This document shows, piece by piece, positions 9,705-19,845 of a DNA stretch of 64,000 bases (position 1 is the stretch's first letter; the number at the start of each line of letters is the position of its first letter). The notes below the pieces were generated by a model. That model worked only from the letters and a program-made list of their open reading frames with translations, was not told the origin of the DNA and searched no databases. The translations under genes and the position numbers were made by a program. The DNA comes from an uncultured Bacilli bacterium (GTDB lineage: Bacteria; Bacillota_I; Bacilli_A; RF39; UBA660). The stretch is taken from the NCBI GenBank assembly GCA_934168245.1, contig CAKPMY010000001.1, positions 201,428 to 265,427 of the forward strand, read 5' to 3'.

Positions 9705-10659
9705 TTTCTAAAGCCTCCTCTGATTTATTATATTCCTCTAAGAACTTATCTATATCATCCATTAATTTCATAGCCTCTGTAAATGTCTTTACTTTAGCCC
9801 CTGCTGCTTGTTTATGACCACCACCATTATATTTTTCAGCAATCTGATTAATACTAGGTCCACGAGATCTAATAGAAACTCTAATTTGATCATTTTTAAC
9901 ATCTTCCGTAATAGTAGCCCACACAAGTACTTTATCAATAAAGTTAAAATTATTAACCATATTACCAGCCGCAGCACTATCTACTTCAAACTGATTAATA
10001 ATATCATTAGTTATCTTAATATATCCTAGTTTATTATCTGTAACCGTCATATGAAGAGCAATATATCCCTCTAATCTAACTTCATTTAATGGTCTTACAT
10101 ATAACTTTTGATATAAAGGCGCTATATCAAACTTATACTCATCTAAGTATTGAGCCACTAAATTAAATGTTTCAGCCGTACAACTACTAAACAAGAATCT
10201 ATTCGAGTCAGACACTAATCCCATAAATAATACTTCCGCTATCTCCTTATTACACTTTAATGGAGTATTAAGAATTAATTTCATAATAATCTCACATGCT
10301 GATGTAGCCGTATCTTCTATTAGTTCTAAATCACAAAACTTCTCAATAAACGGATGATGATCTATCTTTATAGAATACTTAAAATCATCTACACTTACTC
10401 CATCTACTCTTTTTCTATCAGGAGTATCCGCAATAATAAGTAATGCATTATTAACTTTCTCTGCCTTATCTAACTTTCCTAAAAAAGAAAACTTCGCACT
10501 ACCAGTACCAATCGCCAAAACTTTCTTTTCTGGAAAAGTTAATTTTATAGAATCCCTAAGTGCAATCTGACTAGCCATTGCATCAGGATCAACTCCTATA
10601 TGTCTAGCAATTACTATTACATCATATTTTTTTATTTCCTTAAATATTTTCTTATACAT
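9694..10659 (-). CDS. nrnA: DHH/DHHA1 phosphoesterase (NrnA-type oligoribonuclease/pAp phosphatase)
   Basis: DHH motifs (ARHIGVDPDAMAS, KIDHHPF) and the DHHA1 motif GGGHKQAAGA. Confidence 0.8.
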   Translation of the reverse strand: MYKKIFKEIKKYDVIVIARHIGVDPDAMASQIALRDSIKLTFPEKKVLAIGTGSAKFSFLGKLDKAEKVNNALLIIADTPDRKRVDGVSVDDFKYSIKIDHHPFIEKFCDLELIEDTATSACEIIMKLILNTPLKCNKEIAEVLFMGLVSDSNRFLFSSCTAETFNLVAQYLDEYKFDIAPLYQKLYVRPLNEVRLEGYIALHMTVTDNKLGYIKITNDIINQFEVDSAAAGNMVNNFNFIDKVLVWATITEDVKNDQIRVSIRSRGPSINQIAEKYNGGGHKQAAGAKVKTFTEAMKLMDDIDKFLEEYNKSEEALENGN

Positions 10660-10669
10660 CTTAAATTTC

Positions 10670-11851
10670 CTATCTATTAATTAAATTATACGTATCTTTA
10701 GCAATCATTAACTCCTCATCTGTTGGAATTACATATACTAAAATCTTAGAATCTTTAGTACTAAGTTTTACTTCTTCCCCAACTGTTTCATTAGCCTCAT
10801 CTGAAATTTTAACTCCTAAACATTCTAATTTATCTAAAATTTCTTTTCTAATTACTTTATTATTTTCTCCAACTCCAGCCGTTAAAGCAATCATATCTAC
10901 TCCACCTAGTAATACATAGTATTGAGCAATATAATCAACTATTCTTCTAACATACTTCTCTTTAGCAACTAAAGCCTTATGATCACCTTCATCGCATCTA
11001 GCAAGTATATCTCTCATATCATTACTAAATTCACTCATACCATAAAGACCTGATTTCTTATTCAAATCTTCTATAACCTCTGAAGCATTCTTACCTTCTT
11101 TTTCCATTATATAAGGAATAATAGAAGGATCAACATCTCCAGATCTAGTTCCCATCATTATACCTGCTAAAGGAGTAAACCCCATCGAAGTATCAACACA
11201 TTTACCATCCTTAATAGCACAAATAGAACCACCATTACCAATATGACAACTAATTAATTTATAATTATCACGTCCAAGTAATTTCTTAGCCTCTCTTGCT
11301 ATATACTTATGACTTGTCCCATGAAAACCATACTTTCTCAACCCATAATCCTTATACCAAGCATAAGGAACAGGATACAAATAAGAAACCTCATCCATAC
11401 TTTGATGATAAGCCGTATCAAAAACTGCTACTTGTACCACTTCTGGCAAAACTTTTTCAAAAGCCTCTATCCCAAGTAAATTAGCCGGATTATGTAAAGG
11501 AGCCATATCCTTTACTTCTCTTAACTTCTCTAAAACACTATCATTAATTATTGTAGATTTATCAAAATAATCTTTTCCATGTGCAACTCTATGTCCAATA
11601 CCATTAATCTCTTCCAAAGACTTAATTATATCTAAACTAATTAATCTATCTATTAAAATATTAACCGCATCTACATGATTATTTAACTCTACTTCTTGAA
11701 CAATTTTCTCGCCATTAAACTTAATCGTAAAAGTACTTCCTTCTATTCCAATACGTTCAAACACCCCAGATGCAAGTACATTATTATTCGCCATATCAAA
11801 CAGCGAAAACTTTAAGGAACTACTTCCAGCATTGACAGATAAGACTTTCAT
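10670..11851 (-). CDS. ackA: Acetate kinase
   Basis: MKVLSVNAGSSSLKF N-terminus, FHGTSHKY, and IGNGGSI; full-length 393 aa. Confidence 0.95.
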   Translation of the reverse strand: MKVLSVNAGSSSLKFSLFDMANNNVLASGVFERIGIEGSTFTIKFNGEKIVQEVELNNHVDAVNILIDRLISLDIIKSLEEINGIGHRVAHGKDYFDKSTIINDSVLEKLREVKDMAPLHNPANLLGIEAFEKVLPEVVQVAVFDTAYHQSMDEVSYLYPVPYAWYKDYGLRKYGFHGTSHKYIAREAKKLLGRDNYKLISCHIGNGGSICAIKDGKCVDTSMGFTPLAGIMMGTRSGDVDPSIIPYIMEKEGKNASEVIEDLNKKSGLYGMSEFSNDMRDILARCDEGDHKALVAKEKYVRRIVDYIAQYYVLLGGVDMIALTAGVGENNKVIRKEILDKLECLGVKISDEANETVGEEVKLSTKDSKILVYVIPTDEELMIAKDTYNLINR

Positions 11852-11980
11852 GTATTAAAACCTCTTTTCTAAACCTACTAATATTATACTACACCAAACT
11901 AAATATTCAAAGAAAAAAACAAAAGACCCCAACACAAAAGATAGACCATAGGCCTATCTTTTAAGCTATAAAGTATTTAC

Positions 11981-12193
11981 TTATTTATTTGTGTTATAGC
12001 TTCCACTAACTTGGTTTAATCCATTTTGTACTAAACGTCTTGTGATTTCACCACCAACTGAACCATTTGCACGGCTAGTAGCATCAGCACCTAGGTTTAC
12101 ACCAAATTCGTTAGCTATTTCATATTTCATTTTATCAATAGCTTGTTTAGCACCTGGAACTCTCATTTTCATTGAAGAATTCTTTGTATTCAT
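11981..12193 (-). CDS. Alpha/beta-type small acid-soluble spore protein
   Basis: 70 aa. [33 protein letters not shown] is the canonical SASP signature. RBS AGGAGGTGA. Confidence 0.9.
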   Translation of the reverse strand: MNTKNSSMKMRVPGAKQAIDKMKYEIANEFGVNLGADATSRANGSVGGEITRRLVQNGLNQVSGSYNTNK

Positions 12194-12263
12194 TTATTTC
12201 ACCTCCTGTACACTAATAGGTTGTGAAATTTTTTACAAATAATACATTTTTTTCATTGGAAAA

Positions 12264-13457
12264 TTATAACAATTTTTCAAACTCTTCATCTACACTATCA
12301 TCTACTTTAATAGTATTGATATTATTAAGTGCCTCTTCAATCATAGTCTCGTAATCAAACTTATTCTCTTCTTTTATTGCCACATCCATTCTAGGATTAA
12401 TAACTGGATGTGCTGGTACAAATACTGTACAACAATCTTCAAATGGTAAAATACTAGTTTCATATGTATCTATTTTTCTAGCAATATCTATTATCTCTAA
12501 TTTATCTAAACAAGCAACTGGTCTAATAACAGGTACATTAGTAACACTATTAATTACTGACATACTTACTAATGTCTGACTAGCAACCTGTCCTACACTC
12601 TCACCATTAATTATTACATAACCATCATGACTCTTAACGATTCTCTCCATTATACGATACATCATTCTACGCATAATAGTAATACAATAATCACTTCTAC
12701 AATTTTTATAAATTGCTTCTTGAATAGGTGTAAAATTAACAACATGTAAATTAATATGATTAGTATAAGCCGTTAATTTTTTAGTTAATTCAATAACTTT
12801 ATTTCTAGCCTCTAAACTAGTATGTGGAATAGCCTCAAAATAAACAGCTTCTAATTTTATACCTCTCTTCATTGCTAAATATCCTGCAACTGGTGAATCA
12901 ATTCCTCCTGATAACATTAACATTCCCTTAGGTTGAGTCCCAACTGGATATCCACCTGCTCCATGATAACTATTAAGATATATATATGAATGTCCTTCTC
13001 TAATTTCAACTTGTACTAAAACTTCTGGTTTATGTACATCAACTTTAATATTATCAATATTTGTTAAAATAAAACCACCAAGATTTCTACTAAATTCCAT
13101 ACTATCCTGTGGAAAACTCTTATAACTTCTCTTAGTTTCCACTTTAAAAGTTGAAAAATTAATATTTTTTAAAATATCCACAGTCTTATTACAAATATCA
13201 TCACTATTAGTATCAACTATATAAGCAATATGATACATATGTATCCCAAAAATTTTATCAATAATTTTTTTAATATCTTCTAATTCACTATCTTTAAACT
13301 CTATATACATTCTTGCTCTATCTTTACTAATTTTAACATCATACTTACTAAGTTTATTTTTAACATTATTATATAAAGTATTAATAAAGAAATTTCTATT
13401 AGCCTTCTTAGTACTAAGTTCTCCATACTTAATTAAAATTACACGATCCATTTCCAT
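12264..13457 (-). CDS. thiI: tRNA 4-thiouridine synthase ThiI
   Basis: THUMP-type N-terminus (ILIKYGELSTKKANR) and PP-loop SGGIDSPVAGYL. The start is either ATG 13457 or ATG 13451; the 13487 extension is unlikely because it overlaps the ezrA terminator. Confidence 0.9.
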   Translation of the reverse strand: MEMDRVILIKYGELSTKKANRNFFINTLYNNVKNKLSKYDVKISKDRARMYIEFKDSELEDIKKIIDKIFGIHMYHIAYIVDTNSDDICNKTVDILKNINFSTFKVETKRSYKSFPQDSMEFSRNLGGFILTNIDNIKVDVHKPEVLVQVEIREGHSYIYLNSYHGAGGYPVGTQPKGMLMLSGGIDSPVAGYLAMKRGIKLEAVYFEAIPHTSLEARNKVIELTKKLTAYTNHINLHVVNFTPIQEAIYKNCRSDYCITIMRRMMYRIMERIVKSHDGYVIINGESVGQVASQTLVSMSVINSVTNVPVIRPVACLDKLEIIDIARKIDTYETSILPFEDCCTVFVPAHPVINPRMDVAIKEENKFDYETMIEEALNNINTIKVDDSVDEEFEKLL

Positions 13458-13486
13458 CACCAGCGCTATTTTACCACAAAAACCCA

Positions 13487-13522
13487 TAAAAAAACAAGAA
13501 CTAAGTCCATAACCAGTTCTTA
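13487..13522 (-). terminator. Intrinsic terminator after ezrA
   Basis: On the minus strand: AAGAACT-loop-AGTTCTT followed by GTTTTTTT. Confidence 0.6.
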
Positions 13523-13531
13523 TTCTTGTTT

Positions 13532-15241
13532 TTAATATCCCTCATTATTAAATAATTTTTTAGTTATATCTTCATCTACTAAAGATATCGTTCTAATTGC
13601 TAAATCCAAAGACTTTTTATAGTCTCCAGCAAAGAACTTTCCTCTAGCATCATTAAGTCCAGCATCAACTTCATCATAATCTCTATATCTATTACCATAC
13701 ACGATAGCAATCTCTGCACATTGTGCCATTCTAACCATTTCATTAGTCGTATTATAAAGTTTTAAAACTAAGTCTCTTGCTGTATCAACTCTTGTATTTA
13801 ATACATTAATAACTATTGGTTTTTTATCCAGTTCTTTTTTAACTTCTTCTATTGCCTCATTTGCTTCTGCTAATTGTACAAAATAATTATCTGTAATAAC
13901 TGGCAACTTATAAGTTCTCATCTTATTTTTACATTGTTTTAAGAACTCTTGAATCTCTTTTAATTGTTCTCTAGCTCTTACTTCATCATCATACATATTA
14001 CCAAGAGATTTTAAAGATCTATCTAACTCTTCTTCCATATTACTTAATCTAATAGTTAATTCTTCTATCTCTTTATTAAGCATCGTATATGGAGAACTTT
14101 TAGCCGCAACCTTAGACAATAATTTTTTATAGTCATCATTAATAACTACTAAACTCTTATTAACATTATGTATAATTTCTACATCTTCATCATTTAAGTC
14201 ATATAATTTTTTAATATCATCAAGTTGTTCATAAACATCACAAACTAATTTGTTAGTCTTCTCTATCTTCTTTGCAAAGTCATTTTCAACTTCTTCATAA
14301 ACTTTTCTTGCTAATCTTTCTTTTTCAAAATCAATAAATAATGAATCTAAGTACTCTAACATAGTCTTTAAATCAAACATGCATCCTTCTAGATTTAAAA
14401 CATTAACTTTGTCTAAAATACCTTCAACATTTTTATTAATTTCATCTAAGTTATACTCAATATTTAAGTAATCAAGTGGAAAACCTAACTCAATCATCTC
14501 ATCATAATTTTCTTTTACTTCTTTTACTCTCTTCGGAATAATTTGATTTGCCATAAGTAAAACATCTGGTACTTCTTTTACAATAATCTCTATATGTTCA
14601 ATCATTGTATCAAGTGCTTTAACTATATGTACAACTTCTGCATAATCATTATCATCCATTACTTTTTCAAAATCTAAAAATCTTCTCTCTATATTCTCTA
14701 GTTGTAAAGATATAGGTTCTTGCATTTGTTCATACAAATTCTTATGATCTTGAAAGTCTTTATTAAGTTCTCTATACTTAGTCTTTAACTTTGTAACAAT
14801 CGCTCTATACTTTTCTTCACTCAAAGTAATATCTTTAATCTCTTCCAATAAATGATCTGCTGCTTCTCTTACTTTATAAATCTCCATTTCTATTTTAGCC
14901 ATAGAATATCCACAAGACTTATAATCTCTTTTATCTATATAAATATCTAAATCAATCAACATATCATCAATTAAAGTCAATCTATTTTCTTTTATAAAAA
15001 CAAACTCATCTTGCCATTTGTTATATTTCTCTTCCATTTTATCATTCTTGATAATTGGTTCAACTTTAGACAATTCTAAAAGTACTGGTGTACTAGCAAC
15101 TATATTTCTCTGCTTTTCTAATTCTTTTATCTTATCTCGATAATATTTCATTTCAAATTGTCTAATAAAGTGAAGAATAACAATAACAATAACTAGCGCA
15201 ATAACAACAGCCGAACCGATAATTAAATATTGCCCATCCAT
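13532..15241 (-). CDS. ezrA: Septation ring formation regulator EzrA
   Basis: A single N-terminal TM helix, then ~530 aa of coiled-coil repeats and a C-terminal GNRYR patch (EzrA QNR patch). The start is ATG 15241, preceded by GAGGTGAGG. Confidence 0.85.
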   Translation of the reverse strand: MDGQYLIIGSAVVIALVIVIVILHFIRQFEMKYYRDKIKELEKQRNIVASTPVLLELSKVEPIIKNDKMEEKYNKWQDEFVFIKENRLTLIDDMLIDLDIYIDKRDYKSCGYSMAKIEMEIYKVREAADHLLEEIKDITLSEEKYRAIVTKLKTKYRELNKDFQDHKNLYEQMQEPISLQLENIERRFLDFEKVMDDNDYAEVVHIVKALDTMIEHIEIIVKEVPDVLLMANQIIPKRVKEVKENYDEMIELGFPLDYLNIEYNLDEINKNVEGILDKVNVLNLEGCMFDLKTMLEYLDSLFIDFEKERLARKVYEEVENDFAKKIEKTNKLVCDVYEQLDDIKKLYDLNDEDVEIIHNVNKSLVVINDDYKKLLSKVAAKSSPYTMLNKEIEELTIRLSNMEEELDRSLKSLGNMYDDEVRAREQLKEIQEFLKQCKNKMRTYKLPVITDNYFVQLAEANEAIEEVKKELDKKPIVINVLNTRVDTARDLVLKLYNTTNEMVRMAQCAEIAIVYGNRYRDYDEVDAGLNDARGKFFAGDYKKSLDLAIRTISLVDEDITKKLFNNEGY

Positions 15242-15338
15242 ATCCTCACCTCTATCATAGTATAAGTCCATTTTAACACAATAATGTGTCATTTTTCTAC
15301 ATTTTTATTAAATTTTATTCACCTAGTTCTAAAATTCC

Positions 15339-15367
15339 TTGACATACCAACATATTTACCCTATAAT
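15339..15367 (+). promoter_or_regulatory. Consensus sigma-A promoter for rpsD
   Basis: TTGACA (15339-15344), exactly 17 nt of spacer, then TATAAT (15362-15367). Confidence 0.7.
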
Positions 15368-15374
15368 TATAAAT

Positions 15375-15531
15375 GCAAATTAACTTGAAACAGCAGATTT
15401 AGAATATTTTAAAGTGTTTTTCATACAGTGTTTAGTAACTATTGCTGTTTATGCGAAAAAGCGAAAAACTCCCTAAGGTATGACTAAATCATTTCAGTAA
15501 CTTGCAAAAATTAAAGAAAGGAGAATTAATT
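15375..15531 (+). promoter_or_regulatory. Long 5' leader of rpsD (candidate S4 autoregulatory leader)
   Basis: About 155 nt of untranslated leader, locally richer in G+C and with complementary segments (AACAGCAG...CUGCUGUU). S4 autoregulation through the rpsD leader is established in Bacillus. The structure here was not verified. Confidence 0.4.
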
Positions 15532-16134
15532 ATGGCAAGATATACAGGTCCTAGTTATAAACAAGCCCGTCGTGTTGGTTTCTCTATTACTGAAACTGGT
15601 AAAGAATTAGCTCGTCGTCCATATGGTCCAGGACAACATGGAAAAGATCGTAAAGGTAAATTATCTGATTACGGAACTCAATTAAAAGAAAAACAAAAAG
15701 TTCGTTTCATGTATGGATTAAATGAAAGACAATTTAGAAAGACTTTTGATGAGGCTGCTAAATTACAAGGTATTCATGGTACTAACTTCTTAAGATTACT
15801 TGAATCTCGCTTAGATAACTTAGTTTACCGCGCTGGTTTTGCTTCTACTCGTCGTGGTGCAAGACAACTTGTTAACCATGGACACGTAACTGTTAATGGT
15901 AAGAAAGTTGATATTCCATCATACAGAGTTAAAGTTGGAGATGTTATCTCTCTTAAAGAAGATGACAAGAACTTAAAAGTTGTTGAAGATGCATTATCAA
16001 AAATTACAAAACGTGTTGATTTCATAACTTATGATGAAAATAAAAAGGAAGCAACATTTGTAAGATTACCTGAAAGAAATGAACTTAATGCTGATATTAA
16101 CGAAGCATTAATCGTTGAATTCTACAACAAGTAA
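15532..16134 (+). CDS. rpsD: 30S ribosomal protein S4
   Basis: [14 protein letters not shown]... with a C-terminal S4 RNA-binding domain. RBS AAAGGAG precedes the ATG at 15532. Confidence 0.97.
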   Translation: MARYTGPSYKQARRVGFSITETGKELARRPYGPGQHGKDRKGKLSDYGTQLKEKQKVRFMYGLNERQFRKTFDEAAKLQGIHGTNFLRLLESRLDNLVYRAGFASTRRGARQLVNHGHVTVNGKKVDIPSYRVKVGDVISLKEDDKNLKVVEDALSKITKRVDFITYDENKKEATFVRLPERNELNADINEALIVEFYNK

Positions 16135-16141
16135 AAAAATT

Positions 16142-16168
16142 AAGAACACTTTCAAAAAGTGTTCTTTT
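16142..16168. terminator. Bidirectional intrinsic terminator between rpsD and the convergent phosphatase gene
   Basis: AAGAACAC-loop-GTGTTCTT flanked by an A-run and a T-run. Confidence 0.7.
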
Positions 16169-16171
16169 TAT

Positions 16172-16726
16172 TTATAATTTAATATTCTCTTCATCTACAT
16201 CAATTGTTTCACAGTAACAATTAACTACATTAATATCTCTCAAGTTACCATTCAAGTCACTATTTTTTAATATATGATGCATCGCTCTAACTGGAGCCCC
16301 GTGAGATACAATTAGAATATCCTTACCAGGATGTTTTTTTATTATGTATCGCAAAAAATCTCGACATCTTTCAAAAATATCTTGGACCTTTTCAACTCCA
16401 TTAGCATCATAATTAAGATTATAGTCCCAAAACTTAACAACCTCATACTTATCCCGTGTTTTACCTTCCAATTCCCCCATATCACGTTCAATTAATCGTT
16501 TATCAGGAATCATCTCCACTCTATCCCCTATAAGTATCATAGCCGTCTCTACAGTTCTAACTAATGGAGACATGTAACAATAATCAAAATGTTCATCACC
16601 AAGTCTCATTCTAAGATCACGACATTGTCTTCTACCTGTATCATTTAATAAATTATTAGATAATCCTTGTATCTTTCCTTCTTTATTAAAATCAGTCTCT
16701 CCATGTCTAACCAATGTAATTTTCAT
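16172..16726 (-). CDS. Histidine phosphatase family protein (phosphoglycerate mutase-like)
   Basis: LVRHGETDFN (RHG motif) and SHGAPVRA. The start overlaps the upstream stop (TAATG). Confidence 0.8.
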   Translation of the reverse strand: MKITLVRHGETDFNKEGKIQGLSNNLLNDTGRRQCRDLRMRLGDEHFDYCYMSPLVRTVETAMILIGDRVEMIPDKRLIERDMGELEGKTRDKYEVVKFWDYNLNYDANGVEKVQDIFERCRDFLRYIIKKHPGKDILIVSHGAPVRAMHHILKNSDLNGNLRDINVVNCYCETIDVDEENIKL

Positions 16727-17937
16727 TATTGAACCTCCAATATCTTTAAAGCATCACTATAAACAATAAATTTACCTAAATAACTACCATCCTCATAAGA
16801 ACAATATCCAACTACTAAATAATTATCCCCTACTAATAAAACATCCGTAAAATGATCATCAGCCTGTTCTCCATAATTATCCACTTTAATACTAGTTAAA
16901 TCACTCTTATACTTACCAATTATTCCATTATATAAAATAGACGTATCACTAGTATCAGAACTAACTTTATTACCAACAACTAATAAATTATTATTCTTAT
17001 CTTTAATTACTCTATTAAATCTCTCAATACCTGAATCATCATAACTAACTTCACTTACATAATTACAATCAAAATCATACTTAACTAAAAGTGCATCTAC
17101 AATCGAATTATTCTTCTGATCAACACTCTTCTTAGCCCCAGATACAACTATGCCATCGTCTAAAACAACCATACTAGTAAATCCCAAACTATCCGTATAT
17201 TCATATCCAGAAGTCTTAACCAATTTTCCATCCATATCATATTTATTAAGAAGACCAATTCTAGAAGAATCTCTACCAGTTACATAAATATATCCATCAT
17301 AAACAACGACATCATTATATATCGCCGCCTTATTACCTCCATAATTACTTCTCCAAACAATATTACCAACTTTATCTAACTTAACTAAATAAGCCCCACC
17401 TTTTTCAGATAATCCTAAAGTCATATTATTATATACACTTTGTCCAACTACTAAATATCCATCATCCAATACTTCTACGCCTACAAATTTAGAATCATCC
17501 AAAACTTTAAAACTCTTATCAAATACAACTTTTCCATTCTTATCATATTTAACAAATAAAGCCTCTCTACTACCCTTATCATGTTCTTCTTCAGTTGCCT
17601 CATAACTACCAACCGCAATATAATCAGTATCATCTATCGCTACATCAAAAAAAGCCCCATTAAAACCTTTATTATATAAAGCCTCAAAAACCCTCTCTTT
17701 CTTAACATTATACTTCGTAATCTTAGCCTTTTCATAATGCATATCATTATTATTATTACTACCTACAGTGATATAATCATTATTTTTATTAGTCTCAACT
17801 GCATTTATTCCATCAAAATATATCGACTTCTTCTCTCTAAAAAAACTAACATAAGTCAAATATAAAATTTCCACAAGTAAAACACAAAAACAAATAACAA
17901 ATATAACTTTTAAAGTCTTTAAAATTCTTTTATCCAC
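16726..17937 (-). CDS. Membrane-anchored protein with ~7 beta-propeller-like repeats
   Basis: A ~50-aa repeat recurs 7 times (Y[IL][AV]VG....alvKYDk.Gk.V). One N-terminal TM helix. The start is uncertain: GTG 17937 has GGGTGA upstream, ATG 17961 has no RBS, and the track start at 17991 abuts the tyrS terminator. Confidence 0.5.
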   Translation of the reverse strand: MDKRILKTLKVIFVICFCVLLVEILYLTYVSFFREKKSIYFDGINAVETNKNNDYITVGSNNNNDMHYEKAKITKYNVKKERVFEALYNKGFNGAFFDVAIDDTDYIAVGSYEATEEEHDKGSREALFVKYDKNGKVVFDKSFKVLDDSKFVGVEVLDDGYLVVGQSVYNNMTLGLSEKGGAYLVKLDKVGNIVWRSNYGGNKAAIYNDVVVYDGYIYVTGRDSSRIGLLNKYDMDGKLVKTSGYEYTDSLGFTSMVVLDDGIVVSGAKKSVDQKNNSIVDALLVKYDFDCNYVSEVSYDDSGIERFNRVIKDKNNNLLVVGNKVSSDTSDTSILYNGIIGKYKSDLTSIKVDNYGEQADDHFTDVLLVGDNYLVVGYCSYEDGSYLGKFIVYSDALKILEVQ

Positions 17938-17992
17938 ATATATCACCCAACCTAATACCATAATAACAAAAACAAAATATTTTTTCCACAAG

Positions 17993-18024
17993 TAAAAAGA
18001 AAATATAACTAATTTATATTTTCT
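17993..18024 (-). terminator. Intrinsic terminator after tyrS
   Basis: On the minus strand: GAAAATATA-loop-TATATTTTC followed by TTTTT. Confidence 0.6.
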
Positions 18025-18039
18025 TCATTGTAAATTTAC

Positions 18040-19266
18040 TTATTCAAATACACCAATGTAGTAATTCTTCTTACCACGACGAATTATAATAAACTTACCA
18101 TCGATACAAACATCTTTAGTAACCATAAATCCTACATCAGTAATCTTTTCATCATTTACTGTAATTGATCCATTAGTAATAAATTCCCTTGCTTCTCTCT
18201 TACTAGAACAAATCTCATTATTAACTAATACATCTACTAATAATGTATCTTCACTAACTTTAAATGGATCAATTCCATTAAAGGCATCTTTAATTTGATG
18301 AGCAGTCAAATCACGTACTTTTCCATTAAATAATGCTTCTGTAATTTTAACAGCCTCTTCATATGCTTCATGTCCATGTACAAATGTAATTACTTCTTCT
18401 GCTAATTTTTTATGAGCCTCTCTTAAATGTGGATTTTCTTTATTCTTAGCTTCTAATTCTTCAATTTCCTCTTTTGATAAGAATGTTAAGAATTTTAAGT
18501 AATCAATAACTTTTTCATCTTCAACATTTACAAAGAATTGGTACATCTCATATGGAGAAGTTTTTTCTCTATCTAACCAAATTGCTTTACCGTTAGTTTT
18601 ACCAAACTTAGTACCATCTTTCTTAGTTAATAATGGCATTGTAAAACCATAAGCCTCTTTACCAAGTTTTTTACGTATTAAGTCGATACCGGCTGTTATA
18701 TTACCCCATTGGTCTTGTCCAGCAACTTGCATTTCACAGTTCATATTTTCATATAACCAACAGAAGTCTAATGCTTGCATAATCATGTAAGAAAATTCTG
18801 TATAAGTAATACCCGTTTCAAGTCTTCTCGCAACTGTATCTTTACCTAACATGTAATTAACATTAAAGAATTTTCCATAATCACGTAAGAAATCTATAAA
18901 GTTAAGATCTTTAGACCAATCATAGTTATTAACAACAGTAAATCCAAATAATTTTTGTGCTTGTGCTTTTAAACATTCAAAATTATGTTGTACTTCTTCT
19001 TTTGTAATCATTGGACGTTCAGCATCTGGCTTTGGATCACCAATAAGTCCTGTTGCTCCCCCAACTAATAAAATTGGATTATGTCCTGCATCTTTTAATC
19101 TCTTAGAGATTAAGAATGATGAGAAATGCCCTATATGCAAACTATCTCCTGTAGGATCAGTTCCAATATAAAATGTCATTCCCCCATTATTAAGTTTTTC
19201 CTCTAAATCTGGACTACTAATATCTTTAAGTAATCCTCTCCATTTTAATTCATCAAATATTTTCAT
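18040..19266 (-). CDS. tyrS: Tyrosyl-tRNA synthetase
   Basis: HIGH motif (SLHIGH), KFGKT (KMSKS-type) and a C-terminal S4-like domain. Confidence 0.95.
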   Translation of the reverse strand: MKIFDELKWRGLLKDISSPDLEEKLNNGGMTFYIGTDPTGDSLHIGHFSSFLISKRLKDAGHNPILLVGGATGLIGDPKPDAERPMITKEEVQHNFECLKAQAQKLFGFTVVNNYDWSKDLNFIDFLRDYGKFFNVNYMLGKDTVARRLETGITYTEFSYMIMQALDFCWLYENMNCEMQVAGQDQWGNITAGIDLIRKKLGKEAYGFTMPLLTKKDGTKFGKTNGKAIWLDREKTSPYEMYQFFVNVEDEKVIDYLKFLTFLSKEEIEELEAKNKENPHLREAHKKLAEEVITFVHGHEAYEEAVKITEALFNGKVRDLTAHQIKDAFNGIDPFKVSEDTLLVDVLVNNEICSSKREAREFITNGSITVNDEKITDVGFMVTKDVCIDGKFIIIRRGKKNYYIGVFE

Positions 19267-19268
19267 TT

Positions 19269-19835
19269 TTATTCCTCCAAACCTTCTTTCCTATTTTCTT
19301 CTAATTTTAAATCATAAGTATCTTCCAACTTATATCCATAATCTAAGAATATTCCTTCAACATCTCTAGTAGTACTATCTTCCTTAGAAAATCCTAAAAC
19401 TTCTAGAGCATTAAACACTACTTCTTCACTAGGGCCTTCTATCTCTAAATAATCTGGAAGCATAGGCCAAGAATCAATATCAATCTCTACTCCATTAAGT
19501 AAGTATTGTCTTCTCCTATTTTCTTGATAACCTTTAGGTACATAACCTAATTCTTTTAATATTAAGTTACATCGCTCAAAGTTATCAACTTCAATTTCTA
19601 ATTCTTGTGTACCATCAATTTTTGAAGATACTATATTCTTAATTGTAAGTGTAGATTTAATTCCATTAGTTCTAAGTCTAATCCATTTTCCCTCTACTTT
19701 TGGCATAAAGTCATATACATATCTCTTCTGAATAGCATCCCATTGAAAAGTCGCATTCAAACTCTCTAATTTTTTTATGACTTCATCTTTATTAATTTCT
19801 AAAACTCTAACTTCATACTCAGTATGCAAAAGCAT
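19269..19835 (-). CDS. CYTH-domain protein (triphosphate tunnel metalloenzyme / class IV adenylate cyclase-like)
   Basis: N-terminal EYEVRVLEI (ExExK-like) followed by alternating acidic/basic beta strands. ATG 19835 sits very close to GGGAG, and TTG 19829 is an alternative start. The track extension to 19895 covers the T-box terminator. Confidence 0.65.
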   Translation of the reverse strand: MLLHTEYEVRVLEINKDEVIKKLESLNATFQWDAIQKRYVYDFMPKVEGKWIRLRTNGIKSTLTIKNIVSSKIDGTQELEIEVDNFERCNLILKELGYVPKGYQENRRRQYLLNGVEIDIDSWPMLPDYLEIEGPSEEVVFNALEVLGFSKEDSTTRDVEGIFLDYGYKLEDTYDLKLEENRKEGLEE

Positions 19836-19845
19836 CACTCCCTTC

